Shown piece after piece: positions 45,254 through 55,887 of a stretch of DNA of 64,000 nt. Every line of letters begins with the position of its first letter. The stretch's first letter is position 1. The position numbers were made by a program, and so were the translations under genes. The notes under the pieces are model-generated. The model was given only the letters and a program-made list of their open reading frames with translations. It was not told where the DNA came from and made no database searches. The stretch spans positions 1,152,001 to 1,216,000 of the forward strand of contig CAWFXA010000002.1 of assembly GCA_963819655.1 (NCBI GenBank), read 5' to 3'. The DNA comes from an uncultured Chloroflexia bacterium (GTDB lineage Bacteria; Chloroflexota; Limnocylindria; Limnocylindrales; CSP1-4).

Positions 45254-46119
45254 TGGCGACCGTCGTCGTCGGCCGGCGATCCGCGGCCGTCGCCCGCCAG
45301 ACCACCGACCGCGATGCGCTGCGGGCGTTCCTGCGCCAGGACCGGCTGTACGCGGCGTACGCGCTGTGCGACCTCGAGGAACAGGAGTTCGCGCGGACCC
45401 GCTGGGGCGCCGCATACGAGGGCAACGACATCGTGGCGGTCGGGCTCGAGTACACCGGTCCGACGCCGCAGCCACTGTTCGTCATGGGCTCCACCGATGG
45501 CATCGGAGCGGTCCTGCGCGACGTTATCAAACCACGGGCGGCGTACATCGCTGCGCGGGTCGACATGCTGCCGGCCATCGAAAGCCAGTACAGGATCGAT
45601 CCGGGCCCGGAGATGGTGCGGATGTGGGTCGATCGCACGCACTTTCGGCCGTATCCCGCCACCGTCCAGCGCCTGCTCCCGGTGGACATCGGCGAGCTGA
45701 ACCGGCTGTACCAGCTCGGGTTCGCCTCGTGGCTCCCATCGACCGCCATCGCCGATGGTGTCTACTACGGGATGCGCGTCAACGGTCGGCTCATCGCTGC
45801 CGCCGGGACGCATGTCGTCAGTCCGACGTCGCGGCTCGCCGTCGTCGGGAACGTGCTGACCCACACGGACTACCGCGGACGCGGGTTCGCGACGGCCGTC
45901 ACAGGCGCGGTCACCGCCGATCTGCTGCGCTTCTGCGACCAGGTGGTCCTCAACGTCCGCGCCGACAACCCACCGGCTATCAACGCCTATCGCCACCTCG
46001 GCTACAGCGAACATGCGCGCTTCGAGGAGCGACTGATCCACCGCCTCAGCCCGCCCTGGGCAGATATCACGGCGCCGTTGCGCCGTCTCTTCGTCCGCAA
46101 GGAGACCGACCGCCGATGA
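45253..46119 (+). CDS. GNAT-family acetyltransferase (FR47-like)
   Basis: [28 protein letters not shown]; TGATG overlap with the corrected mtnA stop. Confidence 0.85.
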   Translation: MATVVVGRRSAAVARQTTDRDALRAFLRQDRLYAAYALCDLEEQEFARTRWGAAYEGNDIVAVGLEYTGPTPQPLFVMGSTDGIGAVLRDVIKPRAAYIAARVDMLPAIESQYRIDPGPEMVRMWVDRTHFRPYPATVQRLLPVDIGELNRLYQLGFASWLPSTAIADGVYYGMRVNGRLIAAAGTHVVSPTSRLAVVGNVLTHTDYRGRGFATAVTGAVTADLLRFCDQVVLNVRADNPPAINAYRHLGYSEHARFEERLIHRLSPPWADITAPLRRLFVRKETDRR

Positions 46120-47393
46120 CCGCCCCGACCATCCTGCCGGCTCACGACGTGACCGACCTCGGCCTGGGGGCCGAGGGTGTCCGCCGCATCGAATGGGCCG
46201 AGCGCGAGATGCCCGTGCTGCGCCTGATCCGCGAACGGTTCGAGCGCGACCGGCCGCTCGAGGGCATCCGCATCGGAGCGTGCCTCCACGTCACGACCGA
46301 GACGGCCAACCTCATGCGGACGCTCAAGGCCGGCGGCGCGGAGGTGGTGCTCGCGGCCTCGAACCCGCTGTCCACGAAGGACGACGTCGCGGCCGCCCTG
46401 GTCGGCGAATACGGCATCGCCACGTTCGCCCGGCGCGGCGAGGACCGCGAGACGTATTACGCGCATCTCGAGGCGGTCGCCGACACGCATCCCCAGATCA
46501 CCATGGACGACGGCTGCGACCTCGTCTCGCTGCTGCACAGCACCCGCCCCGAACAAGTGACGGAGGTCCTCGCGGGGACGGAGGAGACGACGACCGGCGT
46601 CATCCGCCTCAAGGCGATGGCCGCCGATGGCGCGCTGCGTTTCCCGGTCGTGGCGGTCAACGAGGCCCAGACCAAGCACCTGTTCGACAACCGCTACGGG
46701 ACCGGGCAGTCCACGGTCGACGGCATCATCCGGGCGACCAACATGCTCATCGCCGGCCGCCGGGTGGTGATCGCCGGCTACGGCTGGGTGGGCAAGGGGA
46801 TCGCCGCACGGATGGCTGGGCACGGTGCCCATGTCGCGGTCGTCGAGGTCGACCCGGTCCGCGCACTCGAGGCACTGATGGACGGGTTCGCGGTGATGAC
46901 CCACAGCGACGCCGCCCGTTGGGGCGACCTGTTCGTGACCGCGACCGGCAACCTCAACGTGTTCCGCCGCGAGCACTTCGAGGTGATGCGGGACGGGGCA
47001 GTGATGGCGAACTCCGGTCATTTCGATGCCGAGCTGGATCTCGCGGCGTTGCGTGCACTGGCCGAGGGCCACGTCCGCGAGGTCCGTGACAACGTCCAGG
47101 AATTCGACCTGGGTGGCAAGAAGCTGCACCTGATCGCCGAGGGCCGCCTCGTGAACCTCGGCGCGGCCGAGGGCCACCCGGCGGCCGTGATGGACATGAG
47201 CTTCGCGAACCAGGCGCTGTGCGCGGAGTACGTCGTCAAGCATCACACCGAGCTCGAGCCGATGGTGTATGTGGTGCCCGAGGCGATCGACGCGGAGGTC
47301 GCCCGGCTCAAGCTTGCGGCGCTCGGCATCGAGCTCGAGCCGATGACGCCCGAGCAGGCCGATTACGTCTCGTCCTGGCAACACGGCACCTGA
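46116..47393 (+). CDS. ahcY: adenosylhomocysteinase
   Basis: [51 protein letters not shown]. Confidence 0.96.
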   Translation: MTAPTILPAHDVTDLGLGAEGVRRIEWAEREMPVLRLIRERFERDRPLEGIRIGACLHVTTETANLMRTLKAGGAEVVLAASNPLSTKDDVAAALVGEYGIATFARRGEDRETYYAHLEAVADTHPQITMDDGCDLVSLLHSTRPEQVTEVLAGTEETTTGVIRLKAMAADGALRFPVVAVNEAQTKHLFDNRYGTGQSTVDGIIRATNMLIAGRRVVIAGYGWVGKGIAARMAGHGAHVAVVEVDPVRALEALMDGFAVMTHSDAARWGDLFVTATGNLNVFRREHFEVMRDGAVMANSGHFDAELDLAALRALAEGHVREVRDNVQEFDLGGKKLHLIAEGRLVNLGAAEGHPAAVMDMSFANQALCAEYVVKHHTELEPMVYVVPEAIDAEVARLKLAALGIELEPMTPEQADYVSSWQHGT

Positions 47394-47433
47394 GCGACAG
47401 CTCCACCCGTCCGAACGGGGTAGGGTTCGAGCC

Positions 47434-49434
47434 ATGGACGGCGAGCCCGCGACCGAACCGCTCGACGCTGGCCCGATCGCCCTGCCCTACGGCAGCTGGC
47501 CATCCCCGATCCAGCTCGATGATCTGGTCGGCGGCGTGGTCCGCCTGGGCGAGCCGTGGGTCGACGGCGACGATGTCTACTGGATCGAAGGCCGCCCGGC
47601 CGAGGCCGGCCGCAATGTGCTCGTCCACCGCGCGTCCGACGGCACGACCGCCGACATCACGCCGCCGCCGTTCGACGTGCGCTCGCGCGTCCATGAATAC
47701 GGTGGCGGAGCGTATGTCGTCGCAGGCGGGACGGTCCTGTTCTCGCACGTTCAGGACGGCCGCCTCTACCGGCTCGACCCGGGTGGCGATGCGCCCCAGC
47801 CCATCACGCCGGATGGCCCGTTCCGCTACGCCGATCTTCGGTTCGACGCCGGCCGCCGGCGCTTCATCGCCATCCGAGAGGACCATTCAGGCGAGGGTGA
47901 GCCGAAGGCCGCGATCGTCGACGTGCCACTCGACGGGGAGCGTCCGCCGCGGGTCCTCCACGACGGCCCCGATTTCCTGGCGGCGCCGCGCCTGTCCCCG
48001 GACGGGACGCGGCTGGCCTGGCTTGAGTGGGACCACCCGGACATGCCCTGGGACGCCTCGCGGCTCCGTGTCGCGCCGGTCGGGGACGATGGATCGCTCG
48101 GCCCGAGTGACCTCGCTGCAGGCGGCATCGACGAGTCGATCGCGCAGCCCGAATGGTCGCCCGACGGCGTCCTCCATTTCGTGAGCGATCGCACGGGCTG
48201 GTGGAACCTGTACCGGCTGTCCGACGGCCCGCGCCTCGAGGCGCTCGCCCCGGTCGAGGCCGAGTTCGCCGACCCGGCCTGGATCTTCGACCGCTCGTCC
48301 TACGTATTCCTGCCCGACGGGTCGATCGCTGCTGCCGGCCGGGCGCGGGGGCGCGACCGGCTCTTCCATATCTCGCCGGACGACCTCATCGGCGAGGTCG
48401 ATTCGCCGTACACCGAGATCGGGACGATGCGCGTCGGGGCAGCCGGCGTCATCGCCAATGTCGGCACGCCCACGGAGCCGCCGATGATCGTGGCGCTCGA
48501 CTCCTCGACACTCGCGACCTCGGGGGTCCTCCGCCACTCCACGTCGATCGCGATCGACCCGGCCTTTATCTCCATCCCGGAGCCGATCACATTCCCGACC
48601 GCCGGGGGTCGAGTCGCGCACGGGCTTTTCTACCGGCCGGTCAACGCCGACACGGTGGCACCCGACGGGGAGCTGCCGCCGCTCGTCGTCCGGTCGCACG
48701 GCGGCCCGACGTCGAATGCCGCCAACGCGCTCGAGCTGAACTACCAGTACCTCACCTCGCGCGGTATCGCCGTGGTCGATGTCGATTACGGCGGGAGCAC
48801 CGGGTACGGCCGTGAGTACCGGCATGCCCTCGACGGTGGCTGGGGCAGTGTCGACGTCGATGACTGCATCGGCGCCGCTCGCTACCTGGTCGACCGTGGC
48901 GACGTGGACGGCGATCGGCTGGCCATCGAAGGTGGCAGCGCCGGCGGGTACACGACGCTCGCCGCGCTGGCGTTCCGCGACGTGTTCGCCGCAGGCATCA
49001 GCCTGTTCGGCATGGGCGACCTCGAGCTGCTGGCGCGTCATACCCACAAGTTCGAATCGCGCTACATGGAGCGGTTGGTCGGTCCGTATCCGGCGATGGC
49101 CGATCGATACCGCGAGCGCTCGCCGATCCACCACCTTGACGCGATCTCCTGCCCTGTCCTGATCCTGCAGGGCCTCGACGACAAGGTCGTCCCGCCCGCG
49201 CAAGCGGAGGCACTCGCCGCGGCCCTGGCCGCACGGGGCATCCCGTACGCGTACCTGGCGTTCGAAGGGGAGGGGCACGGCTTCCGCGGCGAGGTCGCTC
49301 AGCGGCGGACCCTGGAGGCGCGCCTGGCGTTCCTCGGCGCCGTGTTCGGGTTCACGCCCGCCGACCGACTCGCACCGCTCGAACTCCTCGGGATCGAGAC
49401 CTGGCGAGAGCGCCGCAGGGTCGCCGTCGGCTGA
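47434..49434 (+). CDS. S9-family serine peptidase
   Basis: PYGSWPSP, HGGPT, GGSAGG nucleophile, D (DKVVP) and H (EGHGF). Confidence 0.9.
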   Translation: MDGEPATEPLDAGPIALPYGSWPSPIQLDDLVGGVVRLGEPWVDGDDVYWIEGRPAEAGRNVLVHRASDGTTADITPPPFDVRSRVHEYGGGAYVVAGGTVLFSHVQDGRLYRLDPGGDAPQPITPDGPFRYADLRFDAGRRRFIAIREDHSGEGEPKAAIVDVPLDGERPPRVLHDGPDFLAAPRLSPDGTRLAWLEWDHPDMPWDASRLRVAPVGDDGSLGPSDLAAGGIDESIAQPEWSPDGVLHFVSDRTGWWNLYRLSDGPRLEALAPVEAEFADPAWIFDRSSYVFLPDGSIAAAGRARGRDRLFHISPDDLIGEVDSPYTEIGTMRVGAAGVIANVGTPTEPPMIVALDSSTLATSGVLRHSTSIAIDPAFISIPEPITFPTAGGRVAHGLFYRPVNADTVAPDGELPPLVVRSHGGPTSNAANALELNYQYLTSRGIAVVDVDYGGSTGYGREYRHALDGGWGSVDVDDCIGAARYLVDRGDVDGDRLAIEGGSAGGYTTLAALAFRDVFAAGISLFGMGDLELLARHTHKFESRYMERLVGPYPAMADRYRERSPIHHLDAISCPVLILQGLDDKVVPPAQAEALAAALAARGIPYAYLAFEGEGHGFRGEVAQRRTLEARLAFLGAVFGFTPADRLAPLELLGIETWRERRRVAVG

Positions 49435-49473
49435 GCCCGGTCGGCCCCGGGCGAGGTGCTACCCTTCGCCGCG

Positions 49474-50700
49474 ATGAGCATCGTCGACGCCGCGCAGTAC
49501 CTGTTCACCTCCGAGTCCGTCACGGAGGGCCACCCCGACAAGATGTGCGACCAGGTCTCCGACGCGATCCTGGACGCGATCATCCGCGACGACCCCGACG
49601 CCCGCGTCGCGTGCGAAACCGCCACGACGACGGGCCTCGTCCTGGTCCTGGGCGAGATCACCACCCATACCTACATCGACTTCCAGGCCATCGTCCGCGA
49701 CACAGTCCGCGAGATCGGATACACGCGCGCCGACTATGGCTTCGACTACCAGACGTGCGGCACGCTCGTGTCGGTCAAGGGCCAGTCGCCGGACATCGCC
49801 CAAGGCGTCGATTCCGCGCTCGAGGTCCGCGACGACGCGGCCTCGGCATTCGAGCTCGGCGCGGGCGACCAGGGCATGATGTTCGGCTTCGCCTGCCGCG
49901 AGACACCGGAGCTCATGCCGCTGCCCATCGCGCTCGCGCACCGCATGGCACGCCGGCTGTCCGAAGTCAGGCGGTCCGGCCAGCTGCCGTACCTGCGACC
50001 GGACGGCAAGACCCAGGTGACCGTGGAGTACGAGCGTGGCATCCCGGTCCGCGTCAAGACCGTCGTGGTGTCCGCGCAGCACGACCCGGACGCCCGACCC
50101 GAGCGGCTCCGCTCCGACATCGTCGAGTCCGTCATCCTCCCGTCGATCCCGCGCGAGCTGCGCGACACCGATCCGGTGATGCACGTCAATCCGACCGGGC
50201 GTTTCGTGACCGGTGGCCCGATGGGCGACGCGGGGCTGACGGGGCGCAAGATCATCGTCGACACGTATGGCGGCATGGCCCGCCACGGTGGTGGCGCGTT
50301 CTCGGGCAAGGACCCGACGAAGGTCGACCGGTCCGCCGCGTACGCCGCCCGGTGGGTCGCCAAGAACGTGGTCGCGGCGGGCCTCGCCGACCGCTTCGAG
50401 GTCGAGGTCGCCTACGGGATCGGCATCGCCCGGCCGATCAGCTTCACCGTCGACTCGTTCGGGACCGGCCGGATCGACGACGCCGCGATCCAGACGCTCA
50501 TCGAGCGCCATTTCGACCTGCGCCCCGCGTCGATCATCGCCGCGCTGGACCTCCGCCGCCCGATCTACCGCCAGACGGCCGCGTACGGCCACTTCGGCCG
50601 GCCGGACCTGGACCTGCCCTGGGAGCGCACCGACAAGGCCGCGTTGCTCGCGTCCGAGGCGGGGCTGCCTGAGCCCGAGCCGATCTCCATCAGCGCTTAG
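49474..50700 (+). CDS. metK: S-adenosylmethionine synthetase
   Basis: [35 protein letters not shown]. Confidence 0.97.
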   Translation: MSIVDAAQYLFTSESVTEGHPDKMCDQVSDAILDAIIRDDPDARVACETATTTGLVLVLGEITTHTYIDFQAIVRDTVREIGYTRADYGFDYQTCGTLVSVKGQSPDIAQGVDSALEVRDDAASAFELGAGDQGMMFGFACRETPELMPLPIALAHRMARRLSEVRRSGQLPYLRPDGKTQVTVEYERGIPVRVKTVVVSAQHDPDARPERLRSDIVESVILPSIPRELRDTDPVMHVNPTGRFVTGGPMGDAGLTGRKIIVDTYGGMARHGGGAFSGKDPTKVDRSAAYAARWVAKNVVAAGLADRFEVEVAYGIGIARPISFTVDSFGTGRIDDAAIQTLIERHFDLRPASIIAALDLRRPIYRQTAAYGHFGRPDLDLPWERTDKAALLASEAGLPEPEPISISA

Positions 50701-50702
50701 GC

Positions 50703-51662
50703 CTAGGCGCCGCCGGCGTTCTCCGCGACGATGCCCGCGACGCCGCCGACCTGACCGCGACCGCCGGAGCGACGGGCGCTGCGCGACAGGAAGAACTGGC
50801 CGACCAGCAGGATGCCGATCGTGATCAGCAGCATCACGGCGGCGATCGCATTGGTCGACGGCGTGACGCCGACCCGGATCTGGCCGAACACGTACAGCGG
50901 CAGGGTCGACGTGCCCTGCCCGTTCACGAACGTCGAGATCAGGTAGTCGTCGAACGCGAACGTGAACGCGAGCAAGAAGCCGGCGACGATCGCTGGAAGC
51001 AGCTGCGGGAAGGTGATCTGCCAGAAGGTCCGCCACGGCGTGCCATAGAGGTCATAGCTCGCCTCCACGTGGGTGCGATCCATGCCGGACAAGCGGGCGC
51101 GTACGAGCAGCAGCACGAGGCTGATGTTGAAGAGCGAAAGCGCCCCGATCATCGTGTGGAAGCCGAACCCGATCTCCACCCCGGTGGCATTGGTGAGGAT
51201 CCCGTCACGCCCGATCGTGCTCGCGAAGAACACCAGCGTGGCGATCGCGATCACGAGCTCGGGCACGATGACGCTCACGTAGGTCAGCCCATCGAACGGC
51301 AGGCGGAACCACTTGGGCGTCCGCTGCAAGCCGAGCGCCGCCATCGTCCCGACGACCGTCGCGAAAACGGCGGTGCCGAAGCCCACGATCAGGCTGTTGC
51401 CGAGGTAGCGCTGCACGGCCCGGTCGTTCAGGACGAACTCGTACCAGCGCAGGCTGAAGCCGTCCCAGTCCGTCAGCCGTCGCTCGGTGGCGTTGAAGCT
51501 GAACACGACGACGATCACGATCGGGATGTAGAGGAACAGATAGACGAGGGCGGTGTGCCCGCGGAGCCACGCCTCGACCAGGCCGCCGAAGCGATCGGTG
51601 CCGGCTCGCGCCCGTCCGCCGAGGGTCCGTGCGGCGGGGATCGGGACAGAGGGCGCGGTCAC
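50703..51662 (-). CDS. potC: polyamine ABC permease (PotC-like)
   Basis: FLYIPIV, FSLRWY, EASYDLYG, FDD, TLPL. Confidence 0.8.
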   Translation of the reverse strand: MTAPSVPIPAARTLGGRARAGTDRFGGLVEAWLRGHTALVYLFLYIPIVIVVVFSFNATERRLTDWDGFSLRWYEFVLNDRAVQRYLGNSLIVGFGTAVFATVVGTMAALGLQRTPKWFRLPFDGLTYVSVIVPELVIAIATLVFFASTIGRDGILTNATGVEIGFGFHTMIGALSLFNISLVLLLVRARLSGMDRTHVEASYDLYGTPWRTFWQITFPQLLPAIVAGFLLAFTFAFDDYLISTFVNGQGTSTLPLYVFGQIRVGVTPSTNAIAAVMLLITIGILLVGQFFLSRSARRSGGRGQVGGVAGIVAENAGGA

Positions 51663-52564
51663 AGGACGCTCACGTCACGACCGTGCCGACCGCGATTCGT
51701 GAACCACAGATAGAACGTGACGCTGATGAACATCACGAGGATCAGGCCGACCGCCTGGGCCGAGCCCGCGGGCCAATTGCGGGCGTCGAAGAACCGCAGC
51801 ACCAGGGAATTGCCGATGGTGAAGACCCGGCCATACCCGAGGATCTCGGGAATGACGTACTCACCCATCATCGGGATGAAGACCAGGATGCTTCCGGTGA
51901 TGAGGCCCGGCAGCGCGATCGGCAGCGTGATCTGGCGGAAGCTCGCGAGGCGCCCGGCGCCAAGGTCTTTCGAGGCCTCGATGAGGCTTCGGTCGATCCG
52001 CTCGAGCGTGACATAAAGCGGAAACACCATGAGCGGCAGGTAGCCATAGACGAGCCCGATGAGCACGGCTGCCTCAGTGCCCAGGATGCGGAATGTTCGA
52101 TTGCCGGTGGTATCTGCGATGAACCCCGCGATCCCCTCCGGCCCGAGGATCACGATCCAGGCATAGGTGCGGATCAGGAAGCTCGTCCAGAAGGGGATGA
52201 CGAGCAGGATGATGAACAGCGCCTTGCGGCTCCCGCCGCGGGTCGCGATGTAGTAGGCAAGCGGGAGACCGACCGCGAGGGCGAGGAGCGTGCCGAGGAC
52301 CGCCAGCATCAGGCTGGTGATGAACGGATCCGGGCTCCGGATGATGCTCGTGTAGTTCTGGAGGGTGAAGCCGCCGGCATACCCGCCGGTGGGGCTGCGG
52401 TCTCCGAAGCTGAACAGGATGACGATCGCGATCGGCAGGATGAGCAGGATCAGGTACCACAGCGAGGCCGGCAGCATGAGGACGGCCGTCAAGAGACGAC
52501 CGCCCTCGCGAACGGGCGCTCGCTTGCGGGCTTGCAGCGGTGCGGTCGGCGCTGCGGTGGTCAT
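51659..52564 (-). CDS. potB: polyamine ABC permease (PotB-like)
   Basis: PFWTSFLIRTYAW, EASKDLGA, NWPAGSA. Confidence 0.85.
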   Translation of the reverse strand: MTTAAPTAPLQARKRAPVREGGRLLTAVLMLPASLWYLILLILPIAIVILFSFGDRSPTGGYAGGFTLQNYTSIIRSPDPFITSLMLAVLGTLLALAVGLPLAYYIATRGGSRKALFIILLVIPFWTSFLIRTYAWIVILGPEGIAGFIADTTGNRTFRILGTEAAVLIGLVYGYLPLMVFPLYVTLERIDRSLIEASKDLGAGRLASFRQITLPIALPGLITGSILVFIPMMGEYVIPEILGYGRVFTIGNSLVLRFFDARNWPAGSAQAVGLILVMFISVTFYLWFTNRGRHGRDVSVL

Positions 52565-52582
52565 GGCGTCAGGAGCTCCGGG

Positions 52583-53809
52583 CTAACCGCCGATGCTCGA
52601 GCTGAATTCCTCCCAGATCTCGACGCGGAGCGGGTCGGTCGAAACGTCCTGCGCGCCCTCCAGGCTGCTGACGAGCGCTTGCGGCACGAACACGGTCGGG
52701 TCGTTGAGGATCTCGGGCGCTACGAGGGCCTTCGCCTCGTCGTTGGCGGTCGCATAGCGGTTCGTCTCGGTCTCCTTGGCCTGGATCGCTGGCTCATGGA
52801 TGAAGTTCAACCAGGCGAGACCCGCTTCCGGATGCGGTGCGTCGGAGAGCTGAACCCACGTATCCAGCCAGAAGAGCGTCCCATCCTCGGGGATGATGTA
52901 CTCGATGTCGGCCGTCTCGGGCTCATCGCGGAGGCTCACGACGCCGCCGGTCCATACGAGGCCCATGACGGCCTCCTCGGTGGCGAGCTTGTCGCCGTAG
53001 TCGTTCGAGTCGAGGGCCAGGACGTGTGGGGCAAGGCCCTGCAGGAGCTTGCGCGCCTCCCCGAGCTCCGTCGGGTCGGTCGAGTTGAGCGAGAAGCCGA
53101 GCGCCTTCAGTGGCGCGGTCATGACATCGCCCGCGGACTCCACTATGACGATGCGGCCGGAGTACTTCGGGGCGATCTCGAAGAACTGCTTCCACGTCTT
53201 CACTTCTTCCGTCACGACCTTCTTGCGGACGGCGATCCCGGTCGTGCCCCAGTCCTTCGGGATGTGATAGCCGTTGTACTTCGCGTCCGGCCCATTCGGA
53301 TCGTAGAAGTTCTGGAAGTCCGGGTTGACCAACGCCGCATTGGGGAGGCGGTCGAAGGGCAGCTCGACGATGTAGCCCTTGTCCGCCATCACCTTGACGA
53401 ACTCGGCCGTCGGCGAAGCGATGTCGTACAGCCCGGTCGCTCCGCCATCGAGCTTCGTCAGCAGCGCCTCGTTCGAGTCGTAGATGTCGTAGGTCCAGTC
53501 GGCGATGTTGTAGCGCGCCTTGAACTCCTCGATGTTCTCGAGGTCGATGTACTCGGCCCAGTTGTACATAAACAGCGCGCCCTCGGTCGCGAACGAGGGC
53601 GCGGCCGCGGGCGACGTGCCAGCGGACCCCGCTGCCGACGGCGCAGCGCTCGCCGCGACCGATGCCGCGGGCGAGGGCCCGCCGCCGCCGCTGCACGCCG
53701 CGAGGAATGCGGCGCTGGCCGAAAGCGATCCAGCCTTGAGGATGCCACGCCGGCTCACACGCCCGCGGGACGCCAGCCGCATGATTCGCTCGAACTCCTG
53801 GTCTGTCAC
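52583..53809 (-). CDS. potD: polyamine-binding protein (PotD/PotF-like), Tat lipoprotein
   Basis: SRRGIL...FLAAC signal; YNWAEYI, YDSNE, WGTTGI, PEDG. Confidence 0.85.
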   Translation of the reverse strand: MTDQEFERIMRLASRGRVSRRGILKAGSLSASAAFLAACSGGGGPSPAASVAASAAPSAAGSAGTSPAAAPSFATEGALFMYNWAEYIDLENIEEFKARYNIADWTYDIYDSNEALLTKLDGGATGLYDIASPTAEFVKVMADKGYIVELPFDRLPNAALVNPDFQNFYDPNGPDAKYNGYHIPKDWGTTGIAVRKKVVTEEVKTWKQFFEIAPKYSGRIVIVESAGDVMTAPLKALGFSLNSTDPTELGEARKLLQGLAPHVLALDSNDYGDKLATEEAVMGLVWTGGVVSLRDEPETADIEYIIPEDGTLFWLDTWVQLSDAPHPEAGLAWLNFIHEPAIQAKETETNRYATANDEAKALVAPEILNDPTVFVPQALVSSLEGAQDVSTDPLRVEIWEEFSSSIGG

Positions 53810-53851
53810 GATCGATCTCCTCCTCCCGGTCGACCCGGGACCTGGCGAACC

Positions 53852-55036
53852 TCATCCCGCGAGGATGAGGTTCGCCTCCTCCTGCCACCGGACGACCACT
53901 GGGTCACCCGGACCGACCCCTGGGGCGCCCCCGGCGCCCGCGGCGTTCTGATGGCGGACGATCACCTCGCCCGCCTCCTCCGTTGCAACGCGGTATTCCG
54001 TCTGGTCGCCAAGGTACGTACCCTGCTGGACGCGACCTCGGATCTGTGCCGTGCCCGGCGCTGCGGCAGTGGCCTCCTCCTCGGGGACGACCTCGAGCCG
54101 TTCGGGACGTGTGACCACCACGACGACATCCCCGGCGGTCGGTCGAGCGTCGGGGTCCGTGACGCGCCCGCGCAGCGACAACCCACGATTGGTGCGAACG
54201 ACGACCCGCCCATCGCCGTCGCCCTCGACGACCGTCGCGTCCATGAAGTTCGAGGTCCCGATGAAGTCCGCAACGAACCGGTTGACCGGTCGTTCGTACA
54301 GGATCGTCGGGTCGCCCTTCTGCTGGACGACGCCGTCGCGCATCACGACGATCACATCGCTCATCGTCAGCGCCTCTTCCTGGTCATGGGTCACGTAGAC
54401 GAACGTGATCCCGACTTCGCGCTGCAGCGCCTTGAGCTCGAGTTGCATCTCCTTGCGGAGCTTCAGGTCCAGGGCGCCGAGCGGCTCGTCGAGCAACAGC
54501 ACGGTCGGCCGATTGACCAGTGCCCGAGCGAGGGCGACGCGCTGCTGCTGGCCGCCGGACATCTCCCAGGTGCGGCGCTTGCCGTATCCGGTGAGGCGCA
54601 CGAGGTCGAGCGCTTCGGCGACGCGCCGGCCCTCCTCCTTCTTTTCGACCTTGCGCTGCCGGAGGCCGTAGCCGACGTTCTGGTTCACGTCCATGTGCGG
54701 GAACAACGCGTAATGCTGGAAGACCGTGTTGACATTGCGCCGGTACGGGGGGACGCCCGCGATCGGCTGCCCGGCCAGGAGGATCTCGCCCTCGGTCGGC
54801 TGCTCGAACCCCGCGATCATCCTGAGCGTGGTCGTCTTGCCGCAGCCGGATGGCCCAAGCAGCGAGTAGAACTCGCCGCGTTCGATCGAGAGGTCCATGT
54901 GGTCGACGGCCGTGACCGTATCGAACCGTTTGGTGACTCCCTGGATCAGGACGTCGGGGGCGTCCGTCGCGCGTGAGGCATGCGGCTCGACGGTGGAACC
55001 GTCAGGCCGAGCGTCGATCGTCGGGGAAGCGGTCAA
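53852..55036 (-). CDS. potA: polyamine ABC ATP-binding protein (PotA-like)
   Basis: GPSGCGKTT, VNTVFQHYALFPH, SGGQQQR, DEPLGALD; start is TTG 55036 (SD GAGG) or ATG 55066. Confidence 0.88.
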   Translation of the reverse strand: MTASPTIDARPDGSTVEPHASRATDAPDVLIQGVTKRFDTVTAVDHMDLSIERGEFYSLLGPSGCGKTTTLRMIAGFEQPTEGEILLAGQPIAGVPPYRRNVNTVFQHYALFPHMDVNQNVGYGLRQRKVEKKEEGRRVAEALDLVRLTGYGKRRTWEMSGGQQQRVALARALVNRPTVLLLDEPLGALDLKLRKEMQLELKALQREVGITFVYVTHDQEEALTMSDVIVVMRDGVVQQKGDPTILYERPVNRFVADFIGTSNFMDATVVEGDGDGRVVVRTNRGLSLRGRVTDPDARPTAGDVVVVVTRPERLEVVPEEEATAAAPGTAQIRGRVQQGTYLGDQTEYRVATEEAGEVIVRHQNAAGAGGAPGVGPGDPVVVRWQEEANLILAG

Positions 55037-55079
55037 CGGCGGTCCTCGCGCGATGGTGCCGGGCATCGAGCATCGGTCG

Positions 55080-55096
55080 CTGTAGCACGGCTACAG
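55080..55096. promoter_or_regulatory. candidate operator between potA and the XRE-cupin regulator
   Basis: Perfect inverted repeat CTGTAGC-acg-GCTACAG. Confidence 0.4.
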
Positions 55097-55252
55097 GCCC
55101 CCGCATCCTAGGGGCCATGCCCGCGCTCGTCAACGCGGCCATCGTTCGAATCTCGCAGCGGCAGACCCTTGCGACGTGCTGTCATCGTGGCATCCTGAAC
55201 CTATACTTCAGGAACCCGAAGTCGAGCGCGTGCAGCAGAGGATGCCAGCGCA

Positions 55253-55807
55253 TTGGTCACGGAGCTCCAACTCGGGACCCGCATCCGGACCCTCCGGCGG
55301 GCTCGCCGGCTGACCCTGCGCGACGTTGCGGAGCGTGCCGGCGTCACGGAGAGCTTCCTCTCCCAGGTCGAGCGCGACGTCACGAGCCCGTCGATCGCCA
55401 CGGTCCAGCGCATCGCCCGCGCGCTCGATCTGTCGATCGCCCAGCTGTTCGCCTACGACGCCGACACAGGCCGCGTCGTTCGGCGCGAAGCACGCCGGAG
55501 GGTCGAATATCCTGGCCTGAAGGCCGTCGACGAGTTCCTGACGTCGAACCTCGCCGGTCGGCTCCAGGTGATCATGTCGACCATCGAGGCCGGTGGAGGC
55601 ACAGGCGCCGACCCGTATACCCATGAGTCCGATGAGGAGACCGTCATCGTCCTGACCGGTGTGCTCGACCTGTGGGTCGGCGACGAGCACTACGTCCTGC
55701 GCGAGGGCGATGCGATCACGTTCCCGTCGCGCGTGCCGCACTGGAATACCAACACCGGCACCGACCCGGCGACGGTCCTCTTCTGCATGACGCCGCCGAG
55801 CTTCTGA
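55253..55807 (+). CDS. XRE-HTH + cupin regulator (PuuR-like)
   Basis: LTLRDVAERAGVTESFLSQVER; cupin HESDEE...EGD...PH; divergent from the pot operon. Confidence 0.88.
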   Translation: MVTELQLGTRIRTLRRARRLTLRDVAERAGVTESFLSQVERDVTSPSIATVQRIARALDLSIAQLFAYDADTGRVVRREARRRVEYPGLKAVDEFLTSNLAGRLQVIMSTIEAGGGTGADPYTHESDEETVIVLTGVLDLWVGDEHYVLREGDAITFPSRVPHWNTNTGTDPATVLFCMTPPSF

Positions 55808-55839
55808 CCCGGTCCGGTGCCACGCGGCACCGGGCTGGG
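55808..55839 (+). terminator. hairpin immediately after the regulator stop
   Basis: 14-bp stem cccggtccggtgcc/ggcaccgggctggg, 4-nt loop, no U-tract. Confidence 0.5.
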
Positions 55840-55887
55840 ACCATCGGGTCGGCACGGGGGGTGGCGCCCGGGCAGTAGGCTTGTCCC

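Noticed and set aside
43840-46119. 759-aa MtnA-GNAT fusion in the ORF track
   Set aside because: The true MtnA C-terminus is in another frame and ends in a TGATG overlap with the GNAT start, so the fusion depends on a one-base indel
43183-49473. SAM or SAH riboswitch expected ahead of apt/ahcY/metK
   Set aside because: No recognisable consensus in the apt leader; ahcY has no leader; metK looks leaderless
51629-54976. 1115-aa + strand ORF and similar long antisense ORFs (e.g. 38259-40355, 13235-14917)
   Set aside because: Shadow frames of real genes in high-GC DNA; no recognisable motifs
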